Origin: a virus
Lineage: Duplodnaviria > Caudoviricetes
Direction: 5' to 3' (one strand)
DNA length: 48,929 bases
IMG/VR virus record: IMGVR_UViG_3300025534_000013
Coordinates: 1 to 48,929 of that record
Shown: in pieces, positions 15,517 to 25,110 of the stretch
Position numbering within the stretch: the stretch's first letter is position 1
How the letters are laid out: each line of letters begins with the position of its first letter
The notes under the pieces: model-generated
What the model was told of the DNA's origin: nothing
Databases searched by the model: none
What the model saw: only the letters and a program-made list of their open reading frames with translations
Position numbers and translations under genes: made by a program

Positions 15517-17620
15517 TAATGAGGTAAAAATCATTAAAAATGGAATGTATCAATTTGAAAAAGACAAAGAAGCTGTCCGTGACTACATGATCAACTTCGT
15601 CAATAGAAACACGGTTTTTTTTCATGATCTTCGCGAGAAGATCAACTACATGATTAAGAATGATTATTGGGACGCAAATTTGTTTGATATGTACTCTTAC
15701 AAGCAGATCAAATCAATTTTCCAAAAGGCGTATAGCTTCAAGTTTCGTTTCCCATCCTTTATGAGTGCTTTTAAATTTTACAACAATTATGCACTTAAAA
15801 CGAACGATCAAACTAAGTTTCTTGAAAGGTATGAAGATCGTGTCGCAGTCAGCGCCATGTACTTCGGGAAGCTTTACGCTAGATATGGCAATGATGCTAT
15901 GTACCAAGAGGCGATGCGTCAGGTCGTTAATTTAATGGAGCAAAATTATCAGCCTGCAACGCCTACTTTTTTAAACGCTGGTGTGAGTCGCGGAGGAGAT
16001 AAGGTTTCTTGCTTCCTAATCTCAATCCCCGACTCAACAGAGGGAATCAATTACGCGCTTAATGCATCTGCTCAATTGAGCCGTCGCGGAGGCGGAGTTG
16101 GAATTAATTTAACTCGCTTGAGAGCTATGGGAGAACCAATCAGAGGTACAGAAGGAGTTGCAGGCGGCGTAATTGGTGTTGCAAAAATGCTCGAAGAAAC
16201 ATTTACTTATTTTAATCAAAATGGTAAGCGTGATGGCTCGGGAGTTGCTTATCTTAACATTTTCCACGCTGATATCAACCGTTTCCTCGACACCAAAAAA
16301 GTCAATGCCGATGAAAAGATTAGATTAAAAACTCTTTCCATCGGTATTATTGCCCCAAACAAATTCTTCGAACTGGCGGAAGAAGGAAAACCATACTTCG
16401 TATTCTACCCCTATAACGTATATAAAGAATATGGAATTGAATTAAATGATATGGATATGAACGAGTGGTACGACAAATTAGTTAATAACCCTAACATTAA
16501 AAAAGATAGGCTTGATCCTCGACAAATGCTTAATAAAGTAGCTCAAATTCAACAGCAGTCAGGATATCCATATTGGATTTTTATTGATAATGCAAATGCA
16601 GTACATCCACTCAAAGATATTGGACGTATTGAAATGTCCAATCTTTGTACTGAAATTTTCCAATTGCAAAAGCCGAGCGATATTAAATTGAATATGTATG
16701 ATGGAATGAGCGAATGGGGTCAGGACATTTCCTGCAATCTTGGATCGTTGAACATCGTTAATGTAATGGAAAATAAGAAGATCAAAGAAGCCGTTCATTT
16801 AGCAGTTAACGCACTAAACGTTGTTGTTGATGATACAAATATTGAAGCAGTACCGACTGTGGAAAATGGCAATAAAAAAGTTCGCTCCATTGGTTTGGGT
16901 GTAATGAATTTGCACGGCTTTTATGCCAAAAATGAAATTTTCTATGATAGCCGTGAAGCAAGAGATTTTGCGAATACATTTATGGCAACCGTTCGCTTTC
17001 ATGCTATTGAACGCTCGATGGAGATCGCAAGAGACATGGGTATTGTGTTCTCCGATTTCGATAAATCCGAATATGCAAAAGGTGAGAATGGCAATGTGTT
17101 CCCACAGTACTTGAATCGAAGCTTTGAACCCAAAACCGAGAAAGTTAAAAAGTTGTTTGAAGGCATTCATATTCCTACGCCGGAAGATTGGAAACGTCTT
17201 ATGGAAGATGTTCAGAAGTACGGAATGGCGAATGGTTATCTGCTTGCAATTGCTCCAACTGGCTCTATCTCCTATGTTCAAAATGCAACGGCATCTGTTG
17301 CTCCGATCACAGAGCAGATTGAAACCAGAACGTATGGCGATAGTGTAACGCATTATCCAATGCCGTACATGACGAATGAAAACATGTTCTTTTACCAAAC
17401 GGCCTATGAGATCGATCCATATAAGTACATCGATCTCGTCGCAACGATTCAGCGCCATGTCGATCAGGGCATTTCGACTACCCTGTTCGTGGACTCTAAT
17501 AAGACAACGGAGGATTTAGTAAAACTCTATATTTATGCTAACAAAAAAGGACTTAAAGGCCTCTATTATACGAGAACAAAGCTTCTTGGTGTAGATGAAT
17601 GTGTGTCGTGTCAGGTTTGA
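15494..17620 (+). CDS. nrdE: ribonucleotide reductase class Ib alpha subunit
   Basis: QPATPTFLNAG, VSCFL, SNLCTEI, APTGSIS, LYY, C-terminal CVSC; uninterrupted. Confidence 0.97.
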   Translation: MANWIRLNNEVKIIKNGMYQFEKDKEAVRDYMINFVNRNTVFFHDLREKINYMIKNDYWDANLFDMYSYKQIKSIFQKAYSFKFRFPSFMSAFKFYNNYALKTNDQTKFLERYEDRVAVSAMYFGKLYARYGNDAMYQEAMRQVVNLMEQNYQPATPTFLNAGVSRGGDKVSCFLISIPDSTEGINYALNASAQLSRRGGGVGINLTRLRAMGEPIRGTEGVAGGVIGVAKMLEETFTYFNQNGKRDGSGVAYLNIFHADINRFLDTKKVNADEKIRLKTLSIGIIAPNKFFELAEEGKPYFVFYPYNVYKEYGIELNDMDMNEWYDKLVNNPNIKKDRLDPRQMLNKVAQIQQQSGYPYWIFIDNANAVHPLKDIGRIEMSNLCTEIFQLQKPSDIKLNMYDGMSEWGQDISCNLGSLNIVNVMENKKIKEAVHLAVNALNVVVDDTNIEAVPTVENGNKKVRSIGLGVMNLHGFYAKNEIFYDSREARDFANTFMATVRFHAIERSMEIARDMGIVFSDFDKSEYAKGENGNVFPQYLNRSFEPKTEKVKKLFEGIHIPTPEDWKRLMEDVQKYGMANGYLLAIAPTGSISYVQNATASVAPITEQIETRTYGDSVTHYPMPYMTNENMFFYQTAYEIDPYKYIDLVATIQRHVDQGISTTLFVDSNKTTEDLVKLYIYANKKGLKGLYYTRTKLLGVDECVSCQV

Positions 17621-17671
17621 TGCGAGGGGCGCTTGCCCCTCCAATCTAATTCTTCAGGGGGAGATCGTTAA

Positions 17672-18682
17672 ATGTCCAATACAATCAGAGCAGTAAATTG
17701 GAATAAACCAACCAGCGATTATGTTCTGACTTTTTGGGAGCAAAACCTTAAGCAATTCTGGATTGACACAGAGTTTGTTCCTTCAAAGGATGTTAAGGTG
17801 TGGAATAAACTCTCTGAGGCGGAGAAGGAAGCATATAAAAAAGCACTTGCAGGCCTTACGATGCTTGATACTGAGCAGGGTGGGGAAGGAATGCCGCTAA
17901 TTCTGCTTCATGTGAATGACCTTCAGAAGAAGGCCGTTCTGTCGTTTATGAGCGCAATGGAAGAAATTCACGCGAAATCGTATTCTACAATCTTCACGAC
18001 TCTTGCGGAGCAGTCAGAAATTGACGAGTTGTTCGATTGGGTTGAAGAAAATAAATACCTCCAATACAAAGGAAAGAGGATTTCTGAATATTATCGGAAA
18101 CTCTTCAGCCCTAATGCTTCACGAAAAGATGTTTACATGGCTATGGTGGCTTCGGTATTTCTGGAGTCATTCTTATTCTACTCAGGTTTCTTCTATCCGC
18201 TGTATCTGGCAGGGCAAGGAAAAATGGTTGCCAGCGGCGAGATCATCAATTTGATCATTAGAGATGAAGCTATTCATGGTCTGTATGTCGGACTTTTAGC
18301 TCAAGAGATTTATCGTAACGAATTGACAGACGAAGAAAGAGCAAAAGTTGATGCAGAAGTGCATCAGCTTCTTGACGACCTAATGACGAATGAAGACCTG
18401 TACTCAGAAGAAATTTACGCCGACATTCAAATGGACAGTGAAGTAAAACGTTTCTTGCGATTCAATGCGAATAATGCATTGATGAATCTTGGTAGAGAGA
18501 CATATTATGATGTCGAAGAAGTGAATCCCATCGTGCTCAATGGTCTGAGCACTCAGACAAAGACATTTGATTTCTTCAGCAACAAGGGTAATGGTTATCA
18601 GAAAGGTAAGGTTGCACCGATCACTGATGCAACTTTCGCCTTTGTAAATAAAAAGTTATCTGAAGTGGAGGATGATATTTGA
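17672..18682 (+). CDS. nrdF: ribonucleotide reductase class Ib beta subunit
   Basis: AVNWN, LDTEQ, EEIHAKSYS, LESFLFYSGF, RDEAIHG, FDFFS..GNGY. Confidence 0.97.
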   Translation: MSNTIRAVNWNKPTSDYVLTFWEQNLKQFWIDTEFVPSKDVKVWNKLSEAEKEAYKKALAGLTMLDTEQGGEGMPLILLHVNDLQKKAVLSFMSAMEEIHAKSYSTIFTTLAEQSEIDELFDWVEENKYLQYKGKRISEYYRKLFSPNASRKDVYMAMVASVFLESFLFYSGFFYPLYLAGQGKMVASGEIINLIIRDEAIHGLYVGLLAQEIYRNELTDEERAKVDAEVHQLLDDLMTNEDLYSEEIYADIQMDSEVKRFLRFNANNALMNLGRETYYDVEEVNPIVLNGLSTQTKTFDFFSNKGNGYQKGKVAPITDATFAFVNKKLSEVEDDI

Positions 18683-18939
18683 TGGCAAAAATTATTAAAT
18701 TTGAGCAACCGAACTGTCCTCAATGTCGTATTGTTGATGGACTCATGAAGCATCTTAATCTTGTACAGGATGAAAAGATCGATATTGTATGTGATGAAGG
18801 CGCAATGGAATTGATTGAAAAGTATAACATCAAATCAACTCCAACGCTAATTTTGGTAGATAATGAAGGGAACCTGATTGACCGCGTATCTGGTGCAAAT
18901 AAAGATGCAATCGTAGAGTTATTTGCAAAGCGAGGATAA
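18682..18939 (+). CDS. thioredoxin/NrdH-like redoxin
   Basis: CPQC active site, STPTLIL; follows nrdF. Confidence 0.88.
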   Translation: MAKIIKFEQPNCPQCRIVDGLMKHLNLVQDEKIDIVCDEGAMELIEKYNIKSTPTLILVDNEGNLIDRVSGANKDAIVELFAKRG

Positions 18940-18950
18940 TATTGCATTCG

Positions 18951-18986
18951 AAGGGGAAGGCTTTAAGCCTTCCCCTTTATTTTTTT
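18951..18986 (+). terminator. rho-independent terminator
   Basis: AAGGGGAAGGC/GCCTTCCCCTT stem followed by a T-tract. Confidence 0.85.
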
Positions 18987-19031
18987 GCATTTTTATCCTA
19001 TAATAAAAATACCCAAGAAAGGAGTGATATA

Positions 19032-19226
19032 GTGAACAAACGCAAAGCAATTATCTCAATTGTTGGCGTAGCAATTATTGTTGTGGGAATTTTTGCGTTA
19101 AATAAATATAACGAAGCTAAAGAAGAAAGAGAGCGCAAGAAAGAAATAGAGTATTTAGAAAAAGAAATCCAAAGGTTAAAAAGTATCGAAAAACAATTTG
19201 ATGATTTGTTCGGTCCGATGGACTAA
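19032..19226 (+). CDS. small membrane-anchored coiled-coil protein
   Basis: AAGGAG RBS, GTG 19032, N-terminal transmembrane segment. Confidence 0.7.
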   Translation: MNKRKAIISIVGVAIIVVGIFALNKYNEAKEERERKKEIEYLEKEIQRLKSIEKQFDDLFGPMD

Positions 19227-19348
19227 TAGGGGGTAGGCGAATTAAGAGATAGCCGGGAAGAAGGTCATATAACAGCAAACTATCGTTAGACTAGGCTTGT
19301 GTTCTTTTGTGATACGTAGGACATGAGCCTAACAGATTCATTTTTATA

Positions 19349-19377
19349 TTGACAAATGCCAAGGAAAGTACTATTAT
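19349..19377 (+). promoter_or_regulatory. sigma-A promoter with GCCAAGGAAAG box in the spacer
   Basis: TTGACA, 17 bp, TATTAT; box at 19358-19368. Confidence 0.75.
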
Positions 19378-19438
19378 GATATTAATGATAATAAGGGGTA
19401 GTGATACATGATTCGAACAGAAGTATTTAGAGCGTTGG

Positions 19439-19702
19439 TTGGAAGCCACAATTATAATCTCGACGACGAGACACGGGTTTCCTTACAATGAAGTAGGAGG
19501 AGTATGGAAAGTAAACAGCATCTATGAAAAAACTATTGTATTGAAGCGTGGGCCAGTAGGCTTGGGTGTTAATGAGGACGAATTAAATAAACATTTCCGC
19601 AAAGTTAGCGGCCAAACAATTGATGAACATAGCATGCCGGAGGTTACATCGAAATCAATTTCAAAGTTTAAAACATTTTTTAAAAAGATGTTTGGCAACT
19701 AA
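19439..19702 (+). CDS. hypothetical protein (5' end possibly frameshifted from ATG 19408)
   Basis: 87-aa ORF without its own RBS; the RBS-linked ATG 19408 is in another frame. Confidence 0.5.
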   Translation: MEATIIISTTRHGFPYNEVGGVWKVNSIYEKTIVLKRGPVGLGVNEDELNKHFRKVSGQTIDEHSMPEVTSKSISKFKTFFKKMFGN

Positions 19703-19744
19703 TAAAGATATTTTGAATGCCAAATAAAGAAGGGAGAATGTAAA

Positions 19745-21166
19745 ATGCTAAAAGACATTCGTAAAAATCCGATACTGCTCACTGACTCGTACAACCTTAG
19801 TCATCAACGATTGAAGGTAAATACCGATTGGGAAGTATCCCACATGTATAATCGGGCAAAACCAATGATTTTCTTTGGTTTCTTGGAGAACATCAATTCG
19901 TTCCTTAGTACGAAAATTACCCACGATATGATCGATGAAGCCGAAGAAGGAGCAAGGCGGCAAGGGTTGATCTTCCCGCGAGAACTGTGGGAGAGAGTTG
20001 TTGATGAATGCAACGGTTACATTCCGATCCGCATTCAGACTGTTCCAGAAGGAACTTGGTGCCCGACTGGTACGCCATTCGCCCAAATTCGTAACACGGT
20101 TGAAGGATTTGGGGAAATGGTGACGTGGTTCGAAGCGATGTTTATGCACAGTTATTTCCCTTCGGCGTGTGCAACACAGGCGTTTCGCATGAGGAAGTAT
20201 CTTGAGCAGAAAAAGCGCCAATACGGATATGGCGACAGCTTTATGCTTCGTCTGCACAGCTTCGGCTTCCGGGGGCACAAGAGTCTCGAAGATGCATATT
20301 GGGCGGGAAGTGCATGGAACCTTTTCCTTCATGGAACCGACGACTTCCATACTACGGTTCATACACCGAAGGAAGCGAACATTGTGAGCATTTCTGCACT
20401 GGCACACAAAGTTACCCAACAGTTTGACGATGAACTGGAAGGGTTCAAACATGCGATTAAGGCGACTGCTGACGTAGGCGAAAAAATTGTTGCTCTGGTC
20501 ATCGACACTTACGATGCGTATCGCGTCATCAATGAATATTTGATTCCTCTGGCGAAATACGCTGAAGAACTTGGTGTCCACATCGTCATTCGTCCTGACA
20601 GCGGCGACACATGGGATCAGGTTGTAGCGGCATATCGAATAATTTCGCGCCACTACCTCCCGATCAAGAATGTATCTGCGATTATCGGCGAGAATATGGA
20701 CTTTGAAAACGTAAAGAAAGCCGATGCTTACTTTGAGCAACATGGTGTGCCGCTGAATTTTGTCAGCTATGGTGTTGGCGGAGGATTTTACAATTACATC
20801 ACACGCGAGACGCAAGGTTGGGCAATGAAGACAGCCTTCTCGAATGGAAAACCGCGCATGAAATTCTCTGAGAATCCGATCAAGCGCAGTATTCCGGGAA
20901 TAGTTGGCCTTTACAGAAATGAATATGGCGACTTGGTTGTAGGGGCAGAAGAAGAAGTTGAACTGGAAAACAATCTTTATGAAACGATCTATTGGCACCA
21001 TGATACATTTAAGGCTCCGGTTATGGTGCCATATTGCGACTTGCATTGGCTGGAAGTTCGTAGTCGCGCACTGTCGCAAAATACTGAGCAATCGACGATT
21101 TATTTGTCTCAAAAGATTCGCGACATGATCGGAGATTTCCAAAAACTTTACAGAGACAAATTTTGA
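19745..21166 (+). CDS. nadV: nicotinamide phosphoribosyltransferase (NAMPT family)
   Basis: LTDSY..SH, LHSFGFRG, GTD, A.H, VIDTYD, IRPDSGD, AMK motifs. Confidence 0.9.
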   Translation: MLKDIRKNPILLTDSYNLSHQRLKVNTDWEVSHMYNRAKPMIFFGFLENINSFLSTKITHDMIDEAEEGARRQGLIFPRELWERVVDECNGYIPIRIQTVPEGTWCPTGTPFAQIRNTVEGFGEMVTWFEAMFMHSYFPSACATQAFRMRKYLEQKKRQYGYGDSFMLRLHSFGFRGHKSLEDAYWAGSAWNLFLHGTDDFHTTVHTPKEANIVSISALAHKVTQQFDDELEGFKHAIKATADVGEKIVALVIDTYDAYRVINEYLIPLAKYAEELGVHIVIRPDSGDTWDQVVAAYRIISRHYLPIKNVSAIIGENMDFENVKKADAYFEQHGVPLNFVSYGVGGGFYNYITRETQGWAMKTAFSNGKPRMKFSENPIKRSIPGIVGLYRNEYGDLVVGAEEEVELENNLYETIYWHHDTFKAPVMVPYCDLHWLEVRSRALSQNTEQSTIYLSQKIRDMIGDFQKLYRDKF

Positions 21167-21181
21167 TCGGAGGGAAAGAAC

Positions 21182-21871
21182 ATGAAAAAACTTTTGAATG
21201 ACTGGACGCTGTTTGAGAAGATTTGGCTGGCCGCTTTTGCGGCCAGCAACATCTATCTCTTTTTTGCTTGGGGAGATTCGCTTCTCGGACTGATCTCGTC
21301 ACTTTCGGGAATGCTGTGCGTAGTGTTGGTCGCGAAAGGGAAGATTTCCAATTACTACTTTGGAGTTGTCCAAACGGCTACCTATGCCTACATTTCATAC
21401 ACATATGGTCTATACGGCGAAGCGATGCTGAATGTCCTGTTCTATCTCCCGATTCAATTTATTGGTATTTACATGTGGAATCGTAACAAGACTAACCAAG
21501 CTGTCCTTGGCGAAGATGTTCAAGTTAAACGACTGACGAGAAGAGGTTGGATCATCACTGTATCTGTGTCAGTTGTGGCTTCGGTCGTTTACGCTGAACT
21601 GCTAAGGGTGATCGGCGGACAACAAGTCAGACTCGATTCTGTAGCAGTCGTCCTCTCAATTATTGCGCAAATTCTTATGCTTAAACGCTATGCAGAACAA
21701 TGGGTTCTGTGGATTGTGGTGAACCTCCTTTCGATTGCGCTTTGGGTCATTACTCTGGTCAACACTGGCGGAAATGACTGGACGATAATGGCGATGTGGA
21801 GTGCCTTCCTCGTCAACAGTGTCTATGGGTATGTGAACTGGCTTCGTATCGAAGGCAAGCAAAATAATTGA
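21182..21871 (+). CDS. pnuC: nicotinamide riboside transporter PnuC
   Basis: Multi-pass membrane protein; GKISNYYFG, LSIIAQILM..RYAEQW..WIVVN, YGYVNW. Confidence 0.93.
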   Translation: MKKLLNDWTLFEKIWLAAFAASNIYLFFAWGDSLLGLISSLSGMLCVVLVAKGKISNYYFGVVQTATYAYISYTYGLYGEAMLNVLFYLPIQFIGIYMWNRNKTNQAVLGEDVQVKRLTRRGWIITVSVSVVASVVYAELLRVIGGQQVRLDSVAVVLSIIAQILMLKRYAEQWVLWIVVNLLSIALWVITLVNTGGNDWTIMAMWSAFLVNSVYGYVNWLRIEGKQNN

Positions 21872-21886
21872 CATGGAGGATCACAT

Positions 21887-22237
21887 ATGGGAGTCGTTAC
21901 ACATGATTTGGTTCTGATTGGATACAACATTGGATTCAAGTATTACGATGAAAGCGAGTGGGACAAAGATAATAATTTATATGATAAATATCGCCTGAAC
22001 GGAGAGAGTGAGTCTGGCGATATGGTAATCATCATGGACGTTATGTCAGGCAATTACTTTATTGTCGGTAAATTGGTCAGCGTCAATTACGCAAACTGCG
22101 ATGGGTTAGGTGTAGTTGTTTTAGATGCTGATAACGAAAAGTTTAAGGCTGATAAGCAAGAGGTAAAAGAATTTATCAAGCAAATTTACGGAATCGATGT
22201 CGAGCCGACATACATCGCAATGACTCACTACACATGA
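21887..22237 (+). CDS. hypothetical protein
   Basis: GGAGG RBS, 116 aa, inside the NAD cluster. Confidence 0.8.
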   Translation: MGVVTHDLVLIGYNIGFKYYDESEWDKDNNLYDKYRLNGESESGDMVIIMDVMSGNYFIVGKLVSVNYANCDGLGVVVLDADNEKFKADKQEVKEFIKQIYGIDVEPTYIAMTHYT

Positions 22238-22256
22238 TAAGCATGGAGGTTAAACA

Positions 22257-23303
22257 ATGAGTAAAGTTGGAATGTACGGAGGAAAATTTCTCCCCTTTCC
22301 CCACATGGGACATGTTTATGCTATGACTGTGGCGTCCACTATGGTAGACGAGCTTCACGTCATTGTCTCGTATGATACGGAGTACGAAAAAAAGTTGTGT
22401 AAAAAAGGCGGGAAAGTGGATCATGTTGATTATAAATTGCGTGTGCGATGGTGGAAGCAATTGACCAAAGACATGCCGCATGTCAAAGTCCATGCGGTGC
22501 ACGAAAAACAAACAGGTCAATTTTCTGACTGGGAGAGAGGGGCAGAAGGAATCAAGAACGCTATTGGAAAGCCGATTGATGTTGTATTTAGTTCCGAACT
22601 TTCCTACACACCTATCTTTGAAGAACTTTACCCCGGAGCAAATCATATCGTTATTGACTCGGAAAGGTCGGCATACAACATTTCGGGGACGAGAATCAGA
22701 GAAGAAGGCGTTATGAAGCATTGGGATATGATACCACGAGTTGTTCAGCCGTACTTCGCAAAAAAAGTGGTTGTTGTCGGCACGGAAAGCTGCGGAAAAT
22801 CGACTCTCGTAAAGAATCTGGCCGCACTTTACAATACGTCATATGTTTCGGAGTATGGGCGGACATTCTATGAAAAATTTGGTAGTTGTGAAGATGTTAC
22901 GATTGCTAATGACTATCCAGAGATCGCCTTTGAACATAAGTATCATGAAAAGGTTGAGCTTCAGAGGGCTAATAAAGTTCTGTTCATTGATACCGAGGCT
23001 GTTGTGACACAATATTATTCTAAACTTTACTTAAATTCGAGAGAACATTTGCCCATTCAGCCCATTCTCGATGAAATTATTAGGATGCAACAATATGATT
23101 TATGGCTTTTCTTGGAGCCTGACGTTAAATGGGTTGACGATGGAACAAGAACATTTGGGGAGCAGGTAATAAGAGAGAAAAACAATAAGTTTTTGAAATC
23201 TCTTCTGAGAGAGCATGATATTGAGTACGTGACAATCTCTGGCGACTATAGCCAGAGACTTGAGAAGGCCTTTTATCATGTAAATAAATTAATAAATTCT
23301 TGA
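22257..23303 (+). CDS. nadR: NadR-like NMN adenylyltransferase / ribosylnicotinamide kinase (no HTH)
   Basis: GKFLPFPHMGH (HxGH), ISGTRIR, GTESCGKST P-loop, EYGR, DT, WVDDGTR. Confidence 0.93.
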   Translation: MSKVGMYGGKFLPFPHMGHVYAMTVASTMVDELHVIVSYDTEYEKKLCKKGGKVDHVDYKLRVRWWKQLTKDMPHVKVHAVHEKQTGQFSDWERGAEGIKNAIGKPIDVVFSSELSYTPIFEELYPGANHIVIDSERSAYNISGTRIREEGVMKHWDMIPRVVQPYFAKKVVVVGTESCGKSTLVKNLAALYNTSYVSEYGRTFYEKFGSCEDVTIANDYPEIAFEHKYHEKVELQRANKVLFIDTEAVVTQYYSKLYLNSREHLPIQPILDEIIRMQQYDLWLFLEPDVKWVDDGTRTFGEQVIREKNNKFLKSLLREHDIEYVTISGDYSQRLEKAFYHVNKLINS

Positions 23304-23312
23304 GGTGAAACG

Positions 23313-23927
23313 ATGAAAAAATATATCTATGATGAAGTTTCAAGAAATCGTTTATTTAATGGAATGATTTTCAACGTTGATGAAGTGAAGATTAAGGTTA
23401 ACGAACACGAAAAGTATCACACGTATCACACTGTGGGTCTGCATCCAATTGAAAGTGTAACCGAAAAGTGCATTATTACACGACAGGTAGTTTCTAAGCG
23501 TCCATGCGCTGTTGCGTTAGTCAAACACATTGAAACAAACGAGTTCTTCATTTTGAAAGAGTTTCGTGTTGGCGCAATGAAAGAAGAGTGGGGATTTGTT
23601 GCAGGGATTATCGATGAGGGCGAGACAGCTTGGGATGCAATTATTCGAGAGGTTCAAGAAGAAATTGGCTATAAGCCTAAACTTGTTGAACAAATTGGGG
23701 AATCGTTCTCGTCATCTGGCTTCACAGATGAACATATCACATACTTTTATATCGAAGTTAGTGATACCATGAAAGCCGACAAAAGAACAGACAATGATGA
23801 ATTTATTTCCGAAATGCTGGTTGGTTTGGACAACATCAAAAAAATGATTGCTTCAGGCGCCATTAAAAACAATCATGCAAAAGCATGTTATCTTCATTAT
23901 TTGCTCAGTAAAGAAGGAACGCAGTGA
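23313..23927 (+). CDS. Nudix hydrolase, ADP-ribose pyrophosphatase-like
   Basis: Nudix box GIIDEGETAWDAIIREVQEEIG, SSGFTDE, DNDEFI. Confidence 0.88.
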   Translation: MKKYIYDEVSRNRLFNGMIFNVDEVKIKVNEHEKYHTYHTVGLHPIESVTEKCIITRQVVSKRPCAVALVKHIETNEFFILKEFRVGAMKEEWGFVAGIIDEGETAWDAIIREVQEEIGYKPKLVEQIGESFSSSGFTDEHITYFYIEVSDTMKADKRTDNDEFISEMLVGLDNIKKMIASGAIKNNHAKACYLHYLLSKEGTQ

Positions 23928-23928
23928 A

Positions 23929-24201
23929 ATGAAATATGTATTTTCCATTCTCGGAATTGTCGTTGGCGTAATTCTTGCGGCATATGCTGGTATTTGGTTG
24001 TGTTTTATTGGTGGCATTATAGACATCACCAAAGATGGCGTAAATGATATTAGTATTGTTGGCATTGCATGGGGCGTCATCAAAATTCTAATTGCGTATC
24101 CTGTTGGATATTTAACATTCTCGATCTTTACCTTCTTATATTATGCTGGCTACAACATTACAATTCATAGAAGAGAGATCAATGCTAGAAAAAGGCGATA
24201 A
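23929..24201 (+). CDS. hypothetical membrane protein
   Basis: ATG 23929, two hydrophobic segments. Confidence 0.75.
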   Translation: MKYVFSILGIVVGVILAAYAGIWLCFIGGIIDITKDGVNDISIVGIAWGVIKILIAYPVGYLTFSIFTFLYYAGYNITIHRREINARKRR

Positions 24202-24553
24202 GGTAGATGTTTATCGTAATTTACGGACAGGAGGCTACTCTGTTCGTAAGGGCGGTATAGTTGTTCACAGGTGCAAAGCAATATCTATTAGTAATCCTAA
24301 ATTTGTAGTCAGCGAAAAAGGAAGGCAAAGGGTGTTAAAAGAGCGTCAGAAAAATGTTCACGCTGTAGTTCGAGGAGAATTTGAACAAGCGTTTGATAAA
24401 GATGTTGATACGAGCGGATTGCATGAAATTTATTATAATCCGTACACAACAGAATGTTTTATCGACAAAGAATCGGGTCAACCCATCCACGAAGCATCAT
24501 GGGCGTTGATGACGGGTGGAAAAGCATATTACAAAAGGAGCGATGAACAATGA
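24182..24553 (+). CDS. conserved hypothetical phage protein
   Basis: VYRNL..G.YSVR, VSEKGRQRVL.E..KNVHA, YNPY motifs typical of a widespread phage family. Confidence 0.8.
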   Translation: MLEKGDKVDVYRNLRTGGYSVRKGGIVVHRCKAISISNPKFVVSEKGRQRVLKERQKNVHAVVRGEFEQAFDKDVDTSGLHEIYYNPYTTECFIDKESGQPIHEASWALMTGGKAYYKRSDEQ

Positions 24554-24804
24554 CAAAATATCAAGTTGGAGATAAGGTTAAGGTTCGTAAAGATTTGAAG
24601 GAGGGAGAGATTTATTCTATGGAAAATGGATATGCGGATGCCGTTGTAGATGTTATGCTGAAACACGCAGGGGAAGTGGTTACTATCGCAGAGGTCGTGG
24701 AAGACGATGATTGTACTGCTTACTTGATCGAAGAAGACGGAAAAAGCTGGAACTGGACGGATGAGATGTTCAAAGGAAAAGTCGAAGAGGCAGAGTGTAA
24801 ATAA
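24550..24804 (+). CDS. hypothetical SH3-like-fold phage protein
   Basis: KYQVGDKVKVRKDL...YLIEED..WNWTDEMF. Confidence 0.8.
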   Translation: MTKYQVGDKVKVRKDLKEGEIYSMENGYADAVVDVMLKHAGEVVTIAEVVEDDDCTAYLIEEDGKSWNWTDEMFKGKVEEAECK

Positions 24805-24818
24805 AATAAATCTTCAAT
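24801..24818. repeat. 6-6-6 boundary site ATAAAA-TAAATC-TTCAAT
   Basis: Overlaps a stop codon; matches the 3074 site at 16 of 18 positions. Confidence 0.55.
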
Positions 24819-24846
24819 TGAAAGTTGCAAAGGAGTGCCAGTGAGC

Positions 24847-25044
24847 ATGTGGATTGTTGTAGAAAAAATCAAATATTATCCGACCGTATATGAATGTCAA
24901 ACGAGGGAGGAAGCCCTGAAAGTGTATGAAGAGCGGAAAGAATCGGCCAAAGATATCCCTTCCGATGAAATTCGTTTATATATTGCTAAAGTTGAGGATT
25001 TTTGTGGAGATTTCAATGAAAATGTCCTCCATAGCTATTGGTAA
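24847..25044 (+). CDS. small hypothetical protein
   Basis: AGGAG RBS; lies between two repeat sites. Confidence 0.7.
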   Translation: MWIVVEKIKYYPTVYECQTREEALKVYEERKESAKDIPSDEIRLYIAKVEDFCGDFNENVLHSYW

Positions 25045-25050
25045 AACTCA

Positions 25051-25068
25051 ATAAAACAGCGATTCAAT
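25051..25068. repeat. 6-6-6 boundary site ATAAAA-CAGCGA-TTCAAT
   Basis: Preceded by CTCA, as is the 3310 site. Confidence 0.55.
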
Positions 25069-25110
25069 TGAGAGTGTAAGCACTAGACCTGAGTAAAGGA
25101 GAGGTGTTAG

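Noticed and set aside
15494-18682. Introns or inteins in nrdE/nrdF as in SPbeta
   Set aside because: Both ORFs are continuous and of normal length
19748-21142. 464-aa ORF antisense to NAMPT
   Set aside because: In-register shadow of a well-supported + strand gene; no recognisable motifs; explained by codon usage avoiding TTA/CTA/TCA
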